A DNA stretch of 64,000 nt from an uncultured Bacteroidia bacterium (GTDB lineage: Bacteria; Bacteroidota; Bacteroidia; Bacteroidales; Prolixibacteraceae). A model generated the notes under the pieces. That model had not been told where the DNA came from. It searched no databases and saw only the letters and a program-made list of their open reading frames with translations. The position numbers and the translations under genes are program-made. The DNA is taken from NCBI GenBank assembly GCA_903904515.1, contig CAIVCR010000060.1:30008-94007 (forward strand). The letters are read 5' to 3'. Below, in pieces: positions 1 to 9,394 of this stretch; positions within the stretch are counted from its first letter, which is position 1, and the number at the start of each line of letters is the position of its first letter.

Positions 1-60
1 GCAAATTTTCAAAATTCTTTTGGATTTTGGGCTTAAATTGTTCTAAATTTAATTGCATAT
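1..60. repeat. Edge of a degenerate ATT-N5 octamer-periodic tract
   Basis: Words attttcaa/aattcttt/...aaattgtt/ctaaattt resemble the octamer tracts at 16880, 20165, 20741 and 47097. Truncated by the window edge. Confidence 0.3.
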
Positions 61-113
61 CCCCAATAAAATAAAAGGAGGCTAAATCAGTGGCAGTATA
101 GAAGCAAAACAAC

Positions 114-275
114 GAGGTTGTATCAACAGTCATTTTACCGCGCAAACGCAAAGAAGGCGCAATCCGTCAGCTGATGGATGCAGATATATTCTGTTGTATT
201 ATAATACTTTGCGATCCTTTGCGGTTTTTCTTGGCGGCTCTTTGCGGTTGAATTTTTTACTTTTGATAAAGCCTC
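114..275. repeat. MITE-like palindromic element, TTTGCG-word family, copy M1
   Basis: Terminal inverted repeats GAGGTTGTATCAACAGT and ACTTTTGATAAAGCCTC. Interior is built of CGCAAAG / CTTTGCG words forming a long imperfect hairpin. Same ends as the copy at 23681-23820. Confidence 0.55.
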
Positions 276-281
276 ATTCTT

Positions 282-437
282 TTAATTCAATTTGGAGATC
301 GTGAATTTAAACGTGCTCCCAATTCCAGTTTCGCTTTCTACCCAAATGTTACCAGTATGGTTGTCGAATGTGCACATTTTGAAATAGTCTTCACCAAATG
401 ATTTGGTGGTCCGATTTGGATTCCCACTGTCATTCCA
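282..437 (-). pseudogene. Histidine-kinase C-terminal (HATPase G2-box) remnant
   Basis: Minus-strand frame reads EFWNDSGNPNRTTKSFGEDYFKMCTFDNHTGNIWVESETGIGSTFKFTISKLN*. The GxIWVESExGxGSTFxF stretch is the classic end of sensor kinases. The frame is closed by a stop just upstream, so only about 50 codons remain. Confidence 0.35.
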
Positions 438-1245
438 GAACTCTTATTTTAATATTTCTAAACCAAACATCATACCCTTTGTCCTGCAGGCCGATTACCC
501 CCTCTTTGGCGATATTCTCCCAGTCAGGATTTAGTCCGGGGAATTTTGAGTTGTTCACCAGCGCTTTCCATTGCGGTGTTCCCGGTTCAAACTCCACAAC
601 CACAACTCCATTCTGACGGTGGACAACTTTACCATGATCGCATATAATCTCAATGGAGTTCCACTCTCCGGCAGACCTGGCATTCTGAGGTTTTGCAGGA
701 ATGAGATCATACAGTGATCCCGCCTGCCGATTCTCCTTTATTCCTGCTGTTGGATCTGGATTGTTTTCATTATCAATAATTTGCATTTCAAGGGCACTCT
801 TGTATAAGGGCCAGTCTGCAACTTCTCTTCCTAAATAAAAAATACCGGAATTACCCCCTTTTGATATCTTCCATTCCATCCTTAGATCAAAATTAGAGAA
901 GAGCCCGCCCGAATAAACGATATCTCCGCCATCCACCTTACCCGCTTCACCTCGCTCTGATTCATTCCTGCATCTGAGCGATCCATCTTCAACAATCCAT
1001 GCGGCAGGGAAATTTTTTTTAGCGTATCCTAACCATCCATTTGTGGTAGTCCCGTCAAATAATAGTTTCCACCCCTGAGCCTTCTCAGCATCGGTAAGCT
1101 GATTTACAGGACCTTTTTCACAGCACTGGACACTCTCCACCTGTTTCCTTGCGGGTACCGGATCTTTGCTGTTCTTCTTCGTTCCGATCCGACAACCCGA
1201 ACTAAGGATCAGTAATATCCAAAACAAACTAGTCAATTTATTCAT
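430..1245 (-). CDS. DUF1080 (3-keto-disaccharide hydrolase-like, LamG fold) lipoprotein
   Basis: Signal peptide plus Cys (LILSSGC). GWKLLFDG..NGW, SGIFY and C-terminal GLQDKGYDVWFRNIKIRVLE are the family signature. Paralog at 23839-24576. Confidence 0.8.
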   Translation of the reverse strand: MNKLTSLFWILLILSSGCRIGTKKNSKDPVPARKQVESVQCCEKGPVNQLTDAEKAQGWKLLFDGTTTNGWLGYAKKNFPAAWIVEDGSLRCRNESERGEAGKVDGGDIVYSGGLFSNFDLRMEWKISKGGNSGIFYLGREVADWPLYKSALEMQIIDNENNPDPTAGIKENRQAGSLYDLIPAKPQNARSAGEWNSIEIICDHGKVVHRQNGVVVVEFEPGTPQWKALVNNSKFPGLNPDWENIAKEGVIGLQDKGYDVWFRNIKIRVLE

Positions 1246-1407
1246 GAGGGTTTCATCGTATGCATTTTACACTAAACAGAAAACAGCGACTCCATTCAAA
1301 AAGCTGTGGCTGTGAAGATTGTTCAAAGAATCAATCACAAAGTACATTATTGATTCAAATTTACGATAAAATGATCATTGTGAAAATGGGGCACGCTAAA
1401 TATGTGT

Positions 1408-1415
1408 TAGATTTG
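1408..1415 (+). promoter_or_regulatory. Candidate Bacteroidota -7 promoter box (TAGATTTG) for pfkA
   Basis: Matches TAnnTTTG about 58 nt upstream of the ATG at 1473. Confidence 0.3.
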
Positions 1416-1472
1416 CAATATAAAAGTTTTTAAATCGTAAATCCAATCAATCAGATATAAAAAGAGATAGTT

Positions 1473-2495
1473 ATGGGTAAAAAAATTGCAATTCTCACGG
1501 CCGGAGGCGACTGTCCCGGTCTCAATGCTGCGATCCGGGGTGTCGGAAAAACTGCAATTGTAAAGTATGGGATGGAAGTGATCGGATTTACTGCCGGTTA
1601 TAGTGGTTTGATCAGAAAAGACTTCGTCGAATTGGACGAGCCTAAGCTATCAGGTATCCTTACATTAGGCGGAACAATCCTGGGAACTTCGCGTGAAAAA
1701 CCGTTTAAGCTCGAGAAAGGACTGACTCATAACGACAAACCCGGTCTGATTAAAAAAAACTATGAAGAACTAGGCCTCGATTGTGTCGTTTGCATTGGAG
1801 GGAATGGGACAATGAAGACGGCTCATCTGCTTGCACTTGAGGGACTCAATGTTATTGGAATACCCAAGACCATTGATAACGATGTGTTTGGAACGGAGCT
1901 TACTTTTGGTTTTGACTCGGCTGTAAGTATTGCAACTGAAGCTATAGACCGGTTACATTCGACAGCCAATTCGCACCAGAGAGCGATGGTTATTGAAGTG
2001 ATGGGACACAATGCAGGCTGGATTGCCCTTTATGCCGGAATCGCCGGCGGGGGCGATATTATCCTGATTCCTGAAATTGAATATGACATCGTAAAAGTAT
2101 GCAGGACCATCGAGGAAAGGTTTTCGAAAGGAAAAGTTTCAGCCATTGTGGTGGTGGCAGAGGGGATCCGAAAGCCTGAAAATATTTCAGCAGCATCTTA
2201 TCTGGTGAGCAAAATACAACAATTGACCAAAATTGAGGCGCGCGAAACCCGATTGGGTTATGTTCAACGCGGAGGAAGCCCTTCGGCGATGGACCGTATC
2301 CTGGCCACCCGCTACGGCGCTTTTGCTGCAGAGTTAATTGCAAGAGGGGAATATGGCAATATGGTGGCAATCCATGGAGATGTCCTTAGTGCTATTCCAC
2401 TTGAAGAGGTAGGGGGAAAGCTGAGCCTGGTCGATCCGAACCATCTGCTTATCAAAAAAGCCCGGAGTATGGGCGTCCTTTTTGGTGATGAATAA
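1473..2495 (+). CDS. pfkA: 6-phosphofructokinase
   Basis: MGKKIAILTAGGDCPGLNAAIRGV, GIPKTIDNDV, MGHNAGWIAL and LGYVQRGG motifs. Confidence 0.9.
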   Translation: MGKKIAILTAGGDCPGLNAAIRGVGKTAIVKYGMEVIGFTAGYSGLIRKDFVELDEPKLSGILTLGGTILGTSREKPFKLEKGLTHNDKPGLIKKNYEELGLDCVVCIGGNGTMKTAHLLALEGLNVIGIPKTIDNDVFGTELTFGFDSAVSIATEAIDRLHSTANSHQRAMVIEVMGHNAGWIALYAGIAGGGDIILIPEIEYDIVKVCRTIEERFSKGKVSAIVVVAEGIRKPENISAASYLVSKIQQLTKIEARETRLGYVQRGGSPSAMDRILATRYGAFAAELIARGEYGNMVAIHGDVLSAIPLEEVGGKLSLVDPNHLLIKKARSMGVLFGDE

Positions 2496-2539
2496 CAAGT
2501 TCTAAGACTCAAAATATCTTTATTCTTAACTATCATTCC

Positions 2540-2725
2540 ATGGAAAAGCAATATCGGAGTTTTATTGGTCCTTTAATTCTGCTGTTATTATGTATCGCGA
2601 ATTTTCGCGAAAATTCAATTTCAGCAAGTATAAGGGCTGTCGATTTTTTAACAATCTGGGCAATCGGAGCCTTATCAGGGTTGCTTATTTATAAAGTGAT
2701 TGAACTAATTAAAAAGGGTAAATGA
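2540..2725 (+). CDS. Small two-TM membrane protein (hypothetical)
   Basis: 61 aa with two hydrophobic helices. Its stop overlaps the next ATG (ATGA), suggesting translational coupling. Confidence 0.4.
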   Translation: MEKQYRSFIGPLILLLLCIANFRENSISASIRAVDFLTIWAIGALSGLLIYKVIELIKKGK

Positions 2726-3810
2726 ACAGAATAATTGGTGTAGCTCTCTTTTCACTGCTGTCAATAGCCTTTCAACAAGTCAATGCCCAGCCGTCGGCTG
2801 ATATTCGTTTTGAAAAGATGGATCACGGTTTTGGTAAGATCAAAGAAGAAGCTGGCCCGGCAGTTTTCAATTTTCAATTTTCTAATACAGGCACGATACC
2901 CCTTATTATTCAAGGGGTTGAGGCATCGTGCGGTTGTACAACTCCTGAATGGAGTCATGAGCCTGTTCTACCCGGGAAATCGGGATTTATAAAAGTATCC
3001 TATAACCCCGAACAGCGGCCCGGAACTTTTACCAAAAGCATTACAGTAACTGCGAATGTTCCAAAGTCTTTTCGGGTGCTCACCATCTCAGGAGAGGTTA
3101 TACCGCGTCTGCAGGGTACGAATGATCTTTTTCCTGTTGATTTTGGGAAGATCCGGCTCTCGATGAGCGAATTGTCATTTGTCCGGATCAAGGATCATGA
3201 AATAAAGACAGATACAATCCGGATTTATAATCCCGGGAGTTTACCCGTATCGGTAAATTTTAAAATAATTCCTTCTCATTTGACAATCAAAACAATTCCC
3301 GCAATTTTGCAGCCAAAATCTAACGGATTTTTTCTCATCACGTTTGATGCCACTAAAAAGCAGGAATATGGATTTATTACGAACCGCATTTATCTCTCTT
3401 TCAATGGGGAAGAAAAATACGACAATGCCTTAAAAGTTAGCGCAACGATTGAAGAAGATTTTTCAAAACTTAGTGCTACTGATCTGGGAAACGGGCCAAT
3501 AATTGAATATAATAGCCGGGTATTCGATTTCAAGGAATTAGTTGCCGGACAAACGGCTGACTACACATTTGTGATTTCGAATAAGGGTAAAAAGGAGCTG
3601 ATTATACGCAGTGTGACTGCATCGTGTGGTTGTACTACCGGCAAGCCCGTTTCCAATATAATCCCCCCTGGTGGAACTACAGAGCTGAAAGTTACGTTTG
3701 ATTCCTATGGAAAAACAGGGATGCAAAATAAAATAGTTACCGTTATTTCGAATGATCCTGAACATTCAACAACACTGTTGCGGGTAATTGGAACTGTGAA
3801 GGGTAATTAA
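2722..3810 (+). CDS. DUF1573 domain-containing secreted protein (two DUF1573 modules)
   Basis: Signal peptide. Two copies of the hallmark ASCGCTT motif, each preceded by F.F.N.G..PL.I. Confidence 0.75.
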   Translation: MNRIIGVALFSLLSIAFQQVNAQPSADIRFEKMDHGFGKIKEEAGPAVFNFQFSNTGTIPLIIQGVEASCGCTTPEWSHEPVLPGKSGFIKVSYNPEQRPGTFTKSITVTANVPKSFRVLTISGEVIPRLQGTNDLFPVDFGKIRLSMSELSFVRIKDHEIKTDTIRIYNPGSLPVSVNFKIIPSHLTIKTIPAILQPKSNGFFLITFDATKKQEYGFITNRIYLSFNGEEKYDNALKVSATIEEDFSKLSATDLGNGPIIEYNSRVFDFKELVAGQTADYTFVISNKGKKELIIRSVTASCGCTTGKPVSNIIPPGGTTELKVTFDSYGKTGMQNKIVTVISNDPEHSTTLLRVIGTVKGN

Positions 3811-3857
3811 GAAGGGGATCAGGCTTTAGTCTATTAGGTATTTATGTTGATGTTCAA

Positions 3858-3928
3858 TGACCTCAGAGAGGTCAAATGTTTATAGAAAAGAATTTATAAT
3901 ATAATGTTTGACTCTGGCCAGAGTCAAA
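3858..3928. repeat. Pair of short palindromes sharing GA(G)GTCAAATGT
   Basis: TGACCTC-aga-GAGGTCA at 3858-3874. Perfect 22-nt palindrome TTTGACTCTGGCCAGAGTCAAA at 3907-3928. Lies between the DUF1573 gene and meaB. Confidence 0.5.
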
Positions 3929-3998
3929 TGTCGCTTTCATTATTCAAATTTCTATAAACCTACAAATCCACCGGATTTGTAAAAAAAATATAAATGAT

Positions 3999-5132
3999 TT
4001 GAGAATTAAAAAACACATGAGTTATCATCATCCTGAAAACGATCCGAAATATATTGGCCTGAATGTAAATGCAGGTATTGAAAAACCGGAGGCTGTAAAT
4101 GCCGATTCTGTTAGCAGGTTTCTCAAAAAGGGGAAAAGGGCGATTCTTTCGGCCAATGAATATTTTGAAGGAATTCTGCAAGGAAATATTACGATCTTAA
4201 GCCAGGCAGTCACCCTTGTCGAGAGCAGTAAGCCTGAGCATCAGCTGGTGGCACAGGAAATTATCATCAAATGTCTTCCGCATGCCGGAAAGTCTGTCAG
4301 GCTTGGAATCACGGGTGTACCCGGGGCTGGAAAGAGTACATTTATCGAAGCGTTGGGGAAACACATTACCGGACAGGGAGGCAAGCTCGCAGTTTTGGCT
4401 ATCGATCCGAGTTCCGAGCGTTCCAAAGGGTCAATACTTGGCGATAAAACACGGATGGAAGAGCTTTCTTCCGATCCAAATGCCTATATCAGACCTAGTC
4501 CTTCGGCCGGATCGCTGGGTGGAGTGGCGCGCAAAACAAGAGAGATTATTATCTTATGTGAAGCGGCAGGCTTTAGTACTATTTTTATTGAGACGGTGGG
4601 GGTGGGTCAGTCGGAGACTGTCGTTCACTCAATGGTCGACTTTTTCCTGTTATTGCAGATTGCGGGAGCAGGTGATGAATTGCAGGGGATTAAGCGCGGG
4701 ATTATGGAGATGGCTGATGCCATCGTAATTAATAAGGCCGATGGCGATAATCTGGAAAAAGCGCAACTGGCAGCAGCACAGTTCCGCAATGCCTTACACC
4801 TTTTTCCACCCACAGGTTCAGGCTGGAGCCCTCCGGTGTTAACCTGTTCAGCGCTTGAAAACAAGGGGGTGCAACAAGCCTGGAAAGTTGTGAACGAGTA
4901 CGTTGCGATGACAGGTGAGAATGGCTACTTTCTTAACCGGCGTAGTGATCAGGCCAGGTATTGGATGTACGAGACAATCAATGAGACGCTTAGGAATAAC
5001 TTTTACCAGAACCCGCTTGTAAAACCTAAACTGCATCATTACGAAAAGCTGGTACTTGACAATGGCATGAGCTCCTTCATCGCAGCTCATGAACTGCTGG
5101 CAACCTACTTCAAATCAATTGGAAATAAATGA
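3999..5132 (+). CDS. meaB: Methylmalonyl-CoA mutase-associated GTPase MeaB/ArgK family
   Basis: GITGVPGAGKSTFIEALG P-loop, ETVGVGQSE and INKADGDN motifs. The start could instead be the ATG at 4017. Confidence 0.85.
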   Translation: MRIKKHMSYHHPENDPKYIGLNVNAGIEKPEAVNADSVSRFLKKGKRAILSANEYFEGILQGNITILSQAVTLVESSKPEHQLVAQEIIIKCLPHAGKSVRLGITGVPGAGKSTFIEALGKHITGQGGKLAVLAIDPSSERSKGSILGDKTRMEELSSDPNAYIRPSPSAGSLGGVARKTREIIILCEAAGFSTIFIETVGVGQSETVVHSMVDFFLLLQIAGAGDELQGIKRGIMEMADAIVINKADGDNLEKAQLAAAQFRNALHLFPPTGSGWSPPVLTCSALENKGVQQAWKVVNEYVAMTGENGYFLNRRSDQARYWMYETINETLRNNFYQNPLVKPKLHHYEKLVLDNGMSSFIAAHELLATYFKSIGNK

Positions 5133-5219
5133 GAGCTGTTTGCCAGTTAAATTGTTTTAATACCTTTGCTAACTCAATTCAAATAAGCATTTTCAATCGT
5201 AATTATAAATTTTAATCTA

Positions 5220-6314
5220 ATGAGAAATCTTCTAATTATTATCATTGCATTTACAACACTTTTTTCCTGCTCAAAGCCAACGGGATATGTTATCAAAGGA
5301 GAAATCAAGGGAAAAGAGAATGGTGAAATTAAATTAATGAAATACGCAAACGGGAAGTGGAAAGCGGAGGATTCAGCAAGCATTGTTAAAGGTAAATTTG
5401 AGTTGAAAGGAAAGGCTGATCTGCCTGAATTACGGATAATCTCCATTCCTCCTCAGACAGTAGTTGCCCAGTTTTTTGCTGAAAACGGAACCCTTTCGCT
5501 TACAGCCTCTATGGATAGTTTAAGTAAAACTGAGGTTGTAGGGTCTAAATCGAATGATGATTTCACTATTCTTAAAAAGGAACTTTCAAATATTTCCAAA
5601 GAGACGCAGGGGCTTCAACAGAAATATAATCAAGCCAGGCAGAGTGGTGATGAAGAGGCGATGAAAAGGGCCCAGATTGATTATGAAGCAATGATGGGAA
5701 ACCAAAAAGTATATACAAAAAACTTTGTGCGCGAACATCCTAAGTCGACTGTTTCTCCATTAATTATCCTTATGCAGTCTGCCCAGGAGATGTCAGCCCA
5801 CGAGATTGATACCCTTGTTGCATTTCTCGATCCTTCAATTCAAGGTTCGATTTATATAGCTGAACTAAAGAAACTGGCAGAGAAAATCAGGGTTACTGAT
5901 TTGGATGCAGTGGCTGCCGACTTTACCCAATCTACTCCCGAAGGGACACCCCTTACGCTCTCTTCGTTACGCGGGAAGATTGTCCTTCTCGATTTTTGGG
6001 CCTCATGGTGTGCCCCATGTCGCCAGGAAAATCCCGCTTTGGTGGCCACCTACACCAAATTTAAAGACAAAGGATTTGATATTCTTGGTGTATCACTTGA
6101 CAAGGAAAAGGGTGCATGGGTGAAGGCCATTACCGATGACCAACTAACCTGGCATCAGGTTTCGGATCTTAAATACCTTCAAAACGAAGTTGCTGTTAAA
6201 TACGGTGTCCGTACAATTCCATTTTCATTACTTCTGGGTAAAGACGGGAAAATTATTGCCAAAAACCTTCGTGGTGCCGATTTGGAAAAAAAGATTGCAG
6301 AACTCCTTCATTAA
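5220..6314 (+). CDS. TlpA-family thiol:disulfide oxidoreductase lipoprotein (DUF4369-like N-domain plus thioredoxin fold)
   Basis: Lipoprotein signal (TLFSC). FWASWCAPCRQENP CxxC active site. Confidence 0.85.
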   Translation: MRNLLIIIIAFTTLFSCSKPTGYVIKGEIKGKENGEIKLMKYANGKWKAEDSASIVKGKFELKGKADLPELRIISIPPQTVVAQFFAENGTLSLTASMDSLSKTEVVGSKSNDDFTILKKELSNISKETQGLQQKYNQARQSGDEEAMKRAQIDYEAMMGNQKVYTKNFVREHPKSTVSPLIILMQSAQEMSAHEIDTLVAFLDPSIQGSIYIAELKKLAEKIRVTDLDAVAADFTQSTPEGTPLTLSSLRGKIVLLDFWASWCAPCRQENPALVATYTKFKDKGFDILGVSLDKEKGAWVKAITDDQLTWHQVSDLKYLQNEVAVKYGVRTIPFSLLLGKDGKIIAKNLRGADLEKKIAELLH

Positions 6315-6330
6315 CAATTCCAAGGAATTA

Positions 6331-6369
6331 AAAAAGTGGGCTGTGTTTTCAACATAGCCCACTTTTTTT
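6331..6369 (+). terminator. Bidirectional intrinsic terminator
   Basis: AAAAA-AGTGGGCT-(13 nt loop)-AGCCCACT-TTTTTT directly after the stop at 6314. Confidence 0.6.
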
Positions 6370-6460
6370 ATGAAATTCCTGAATCTCCAGATTCCCCTTC
6401 AATTATTCTGGCTCTGGACGCAGAAGTCCTGTTTACAAATGATCTTCTGAAAAACAGGTA

Positions 6461-7378
6461 TCACACTACAGAGAAAAACTCCTCCATATTCAGGGATTTG
6501 ACATCCGCGGAAAATTTCACATAACTTTCATTTGCCATGTTTTTGACTGGCAACCGAAATTGACCAAGATCAAAACCGATATACTTCATGTACCCCTTCC
6601 CGGTAGCAATACCCCCATATTTTCCCAGCAACCTGATCATGTCAATCGAAATTTGCTGAAGTTTTCTTGCCCTGGGCAGATCACCTGTATCGAAAGCTTC
6701 GATCAACTGATAATAAAGGGGTGCAGCATAATTAAAGGTACTTCCAACTCCGCTGCGCGTTCCCAGGACCAGTGCGGAAAGTAAATTTTCATCACGTCCC
6801 CACATCATATCGAATTTCCCGTCCATAAAATGGATACAGCTCAGGAAATCCATAAAATCCTCGTGCGTATATTTGATCCCCGCGAGGTTTGGAATAATCG
6901 GCGCGGCTTCCTGCAAAAAATCAAACATTGGAACAAAGCATCCGCTTAATACAGGAATGTGGTAGAAATAAACCGGAATCGACGGAACCGCTTCCGCAAT
7001 AAGGGCACAGAATTCAGCCAGCTGTCTGGCACCTGCCGGTTTAAAATAGTAGGGTGCCAGCAATGCAATCGCGTCTATTCCATTATCTACAGCATGCTGT
7101 GCATTGTCAATGCACTCTTTATAGGAGGTGCCACCAACCAGACTGATCACTTTTACTCGCCCCTTTTCCCTTGACCGGGCGGTCCAGGCTTCAACCACAT
7201 TCATCTTCTCTTTTTGGGTAAGAGAGACCCCTTCCCCTGTTGATCCGTTTATAAAAGCCCCGACAATCCTGTTTTTTTCCAAAAAGTCGTAATAAGTCGG
7301 TATGAGATCGTATACTAACTCTCCGTTTTTGTCCATTGGTGCAAAGGGGGCAGCGATCAGCCCTTCAAATTTCTTCAT
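6461..7378 (-). CDS. Dihydrodipicolinate synthase / N-acetylneuraminate lyase family class I aldolase
   Basis: GAFINGSTGEG, GGTSY, and Schiff-base Lys context GIKYT. About 300 aa. Confidence 0.8.
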   Translation of the reverse strand: MKKFEGLIAAPFAPMDKNGELVYDLIPTYYDFLEKNRIVGAFINGSTGEGVSLTQKEKMNVVEAWTARSREKGRVKVISLVGGTSYKECIDNAQHAVDNGIDAIALLAPYYFKPAGARQLAEFCALIAEAVPSIPVYFYHIPVLSGCFVPMFDFLQEAAPIIPNLAGIKYTHEDFMDFLSCIHFMDGKFDMMWGRDENLLSALVLGTRSGVGSTFNYAAPLYYQLIEAFDTGDLPRARKLQQISIDMIRLLGKYGGIATGKGYMKYIGFDLGQFRLPVKNMANESYVKFSADVKSLNMEEFFSVV

Positions 7379-7391
7379 CTCAATTGATTTT

Positions 7392-8057
7392 TTAAAAGCC
7401 TGAAAATGGCACCTCTAAAAATAGGCCAAACTCTTTCGCAAAATTCACACTTACTCTGGCATGAACACTTCCTTGTTTATCGAAAAATTGGGAACGACTG
7501 GCGATAGGAAAAATACCTTCGTGCCATACCGAAGGATGGATATACAATCCTTGAGTTCCATCGAAGTAAAAATTCAAAAATTTATCAGGGGAGATATCAT
7601 CACCCGGTAATGCGAGAGGTGTTACAAAAGGTGTACCGTTCAAAGGAAAAAAAAGCTGCCCGCCATCGGGATGATAATTGGCATGCCATAGCAGCACCGT
7701 ATCCGGAGTTTTCACCAATTCTTTTTGGCGATTTGCTTCACTTGGATTAACACTCCAGCCTAACAGATATTCGTCATTTATCGCGTTATTCCGTCCGAAG
7801 AGTACCTCGCCTTCCCACCAAAAATCAAAAATGCCCTCTTTTGTTCCCCCCTGATTACCGGTATCGGCATCAATAAGTCTCCCGACGCTCTTTGGCCACC
7901 GGACTATTTCAACCGGGAAATTCCGATACTCATCTTTGCTTACCAGGCAACCATACCCTTTCAGGGATTCATTGGTCGCGATAACAGTTTTAACTTTATG
8001 CCATGGCAACGAGCCGGGGACATCAGGAGTCAGGTAATTGATCGGCTGCAACATCAT
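7392..8057 (-). CDS. Ureidoglycolate lyase-like (AllA-fold cupin) protein
   Basis: HPDGGQLFFPLNGTPFVTPLA...GLYIHPSVWH resembles the ERHP..Q.F.PL / G.WH pattern of PF04115. Lies 13 nt from the aldolase gene. Confidence 0.5.
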   Translation of the reverse strand: MMLQPINYLTPDVPGSLPWHKVKTVIATNESLKGYGCLVSKDEYRNFPVEIVRWPKSVGRLIDADTGNQGGTKEGIFDFWWEGEVLFGRNNAINDEYLLGWSVNPSEANRQKELVKTPDTVLLWHANYHPDGGQLFFPLNGTPFVTPLALPGDDISPDKFLNFYFDGTQGLYIHPSVWHEGIFPIASRSQFFDKQGSVHARVSVNFAKEFGLFLEVPFSGF

Positions 8058-8136
8058 GTAGCAATTTAAAATAGGGATAAAAGATCACTTAGATTTAAAC
8101 CATGTCTGCAAAAGCAGGCCGGTACCAGCGGTTAAA

Positions 8137-8769
8137 TTACAAGGTCTTTAAGCTGTTCTTCTTCTTAAATCCTTTGTATAACAGATAAATAACATATATT
8201 CCTCCAACAGCGAGGATAATCAAAATAAGTTCTTTGTAATATTTGTCCAACAACTCTTTTTGGGAGTAGAAAAAATAACCTAACGTAGCCAGGATTATAT
8301 TCCAGGCGGCGGCTCCTATTGCCGTGAAGAGGATAAAATCGCGAATTTTCATATTTGCCAATCCGGCAGGTATAGAGATCAGGTGACGAATACCAGGAAT
8401 CAATCGTCCTATCAGCGTCGAGGTTTTTCCGTTTTTCAGAAAATATTTTTCAGTTTTCTCGATTGCCGATTGGTCAACCATCATTAAATGGGCAAGGCGT
8501 GTGTTGACAAATTTCAGAAGTAATTTATTTCCCAGCCATTTAGCCATGTAGTAATTAAATAAAGACCCTGCAAGGGCTCCCATTGTTCCTGAAAATATGA
8601 CCAGAAAAATATTCATCTCCCCATTTGCGGCTTTAAAGGCTGCGGGGGGGATTACAAGTTCGGAAGGAAAAGGGATAATTGTACTTTCGATGGCCATCAA
8701 TAAAAATACGGTCCAATAGGTGATATGAACCATGTACCAGCTAAGTAACTGTTGAAAGAGTGCACCCAT
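8137..8769 (-). CDS. DedA family membrane protein
   Basis: ESTIIPFPSELVIPPAAF and GRLIPGIRHLISIPAG motifs, four or more TM helices. Confidence 0.85.
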   Translation of the reverse strand: MGALFQQLLSWYMVHITYWTVFLLMAIESTIIPFPSELVIPPAAFKAANGEMNIFLVIFSGTMGALAGSLFNYYMAKWLGNKLLLKFVNTRLAHLMMVDQSAIEKTEKYFLKNGKTSTLIGRLIPGIRHLISIPAGLANMKIRDFILFTAIGAAAWNIILATLGYFFYSQKELLDKYYKELILIILAVGGIYVIYLLYKGFKKKNSLKTL

Positions 8770-8816
8770 AACGATATTTTAGGCAAAGCTAAACTTTTCC
8801 CTACAATGCGCTCCTA

Positions 8817-9353
8817 CTAAATGGTGATTTTTTTCAACCAGGCCGCAATCACACCAGCTTCGGGTGCAAGGTTATGAAATTCAGTATCTCCGATGTGTGT
8901 CAGTATAATTTCACGATAAGATTTAAGTGGATTGGAGGAATCGGGAACAATGATTTTACATATATTAGCCCCCATATCGGCACCATGCATCACCATTTCG
9001 GAGATCTTCCCATCCATTGCATAAGATGCAAGATGCTGATAATAAATAACATCCGTACTGCTGATCAACGTGTCCCTCTTTACCGAAGCTTTTAGATTGT
9101 TTTGCAATGAATCGGAGGATAATACTCCATTTTCCGAGAAACTCCAGGGTGTTGTCTTATCGAATGTATACATCTCACCGGCCGGGGTGATGATAAATCC
9201 CGAATGATTGAAACCCCATGCATGATTAATATATTCATACTGAAAATAGCAATTAACACTTTTTTCTTCAATAAGTGACGACCGTTGGCACGAACAAACC
9301 AGAAGGGTGGTCAACAGCAATAAAACTCCTGTTTTATATTTTCTTAGACTCAT
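8817..9353 (-). CDS. Hypothetical lipoprotein downstream of the serpin
   Basis: ORF 8817-9398. I prefer the internal ATG at 9353 (MSLRKYKTGVLLLLTTLLVCSC lipobox). No recognisable domain. Confidence 0.5.
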   Translation of the reverse strand: MSLRKYKTGVLLLLTTLLVCSCQRSSLIEEKSVNCYFQYEYINHAWGFNHSGFIITPAGEMYTFDKTTPWSFSENGVLSSDSLQNNLKASVKRDTLISSTDVIYYQHLASYAMDGKISEMVMHGADMGANICKIIVPDSSNPLKSYREIILTHIGDTEFHNLAPEAGVIAAWLKKITI

Positions 9354-9394
9354 TTGGATTAAATTGACCATGGTTATAACGAATTTTAAATTGT

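Noticed and set aside
4216-4728. 170-aa ORF in another frame inside meaB. The same applies to the many ORFs of at most 130 aa nested in pfkA, uvrA, lepA, the GH2 genes and others.
   Set aside because: They are fully embedded in strongly recognisable genes, with no motifs of their own.
3999-5132. Orphan meaB without an adjacent methylmalonyl-CoA mutase as a notable feature.
   Set aside because: The mutase genes may simply lie elsewhere in the genome, and this cannot be judged from one window.
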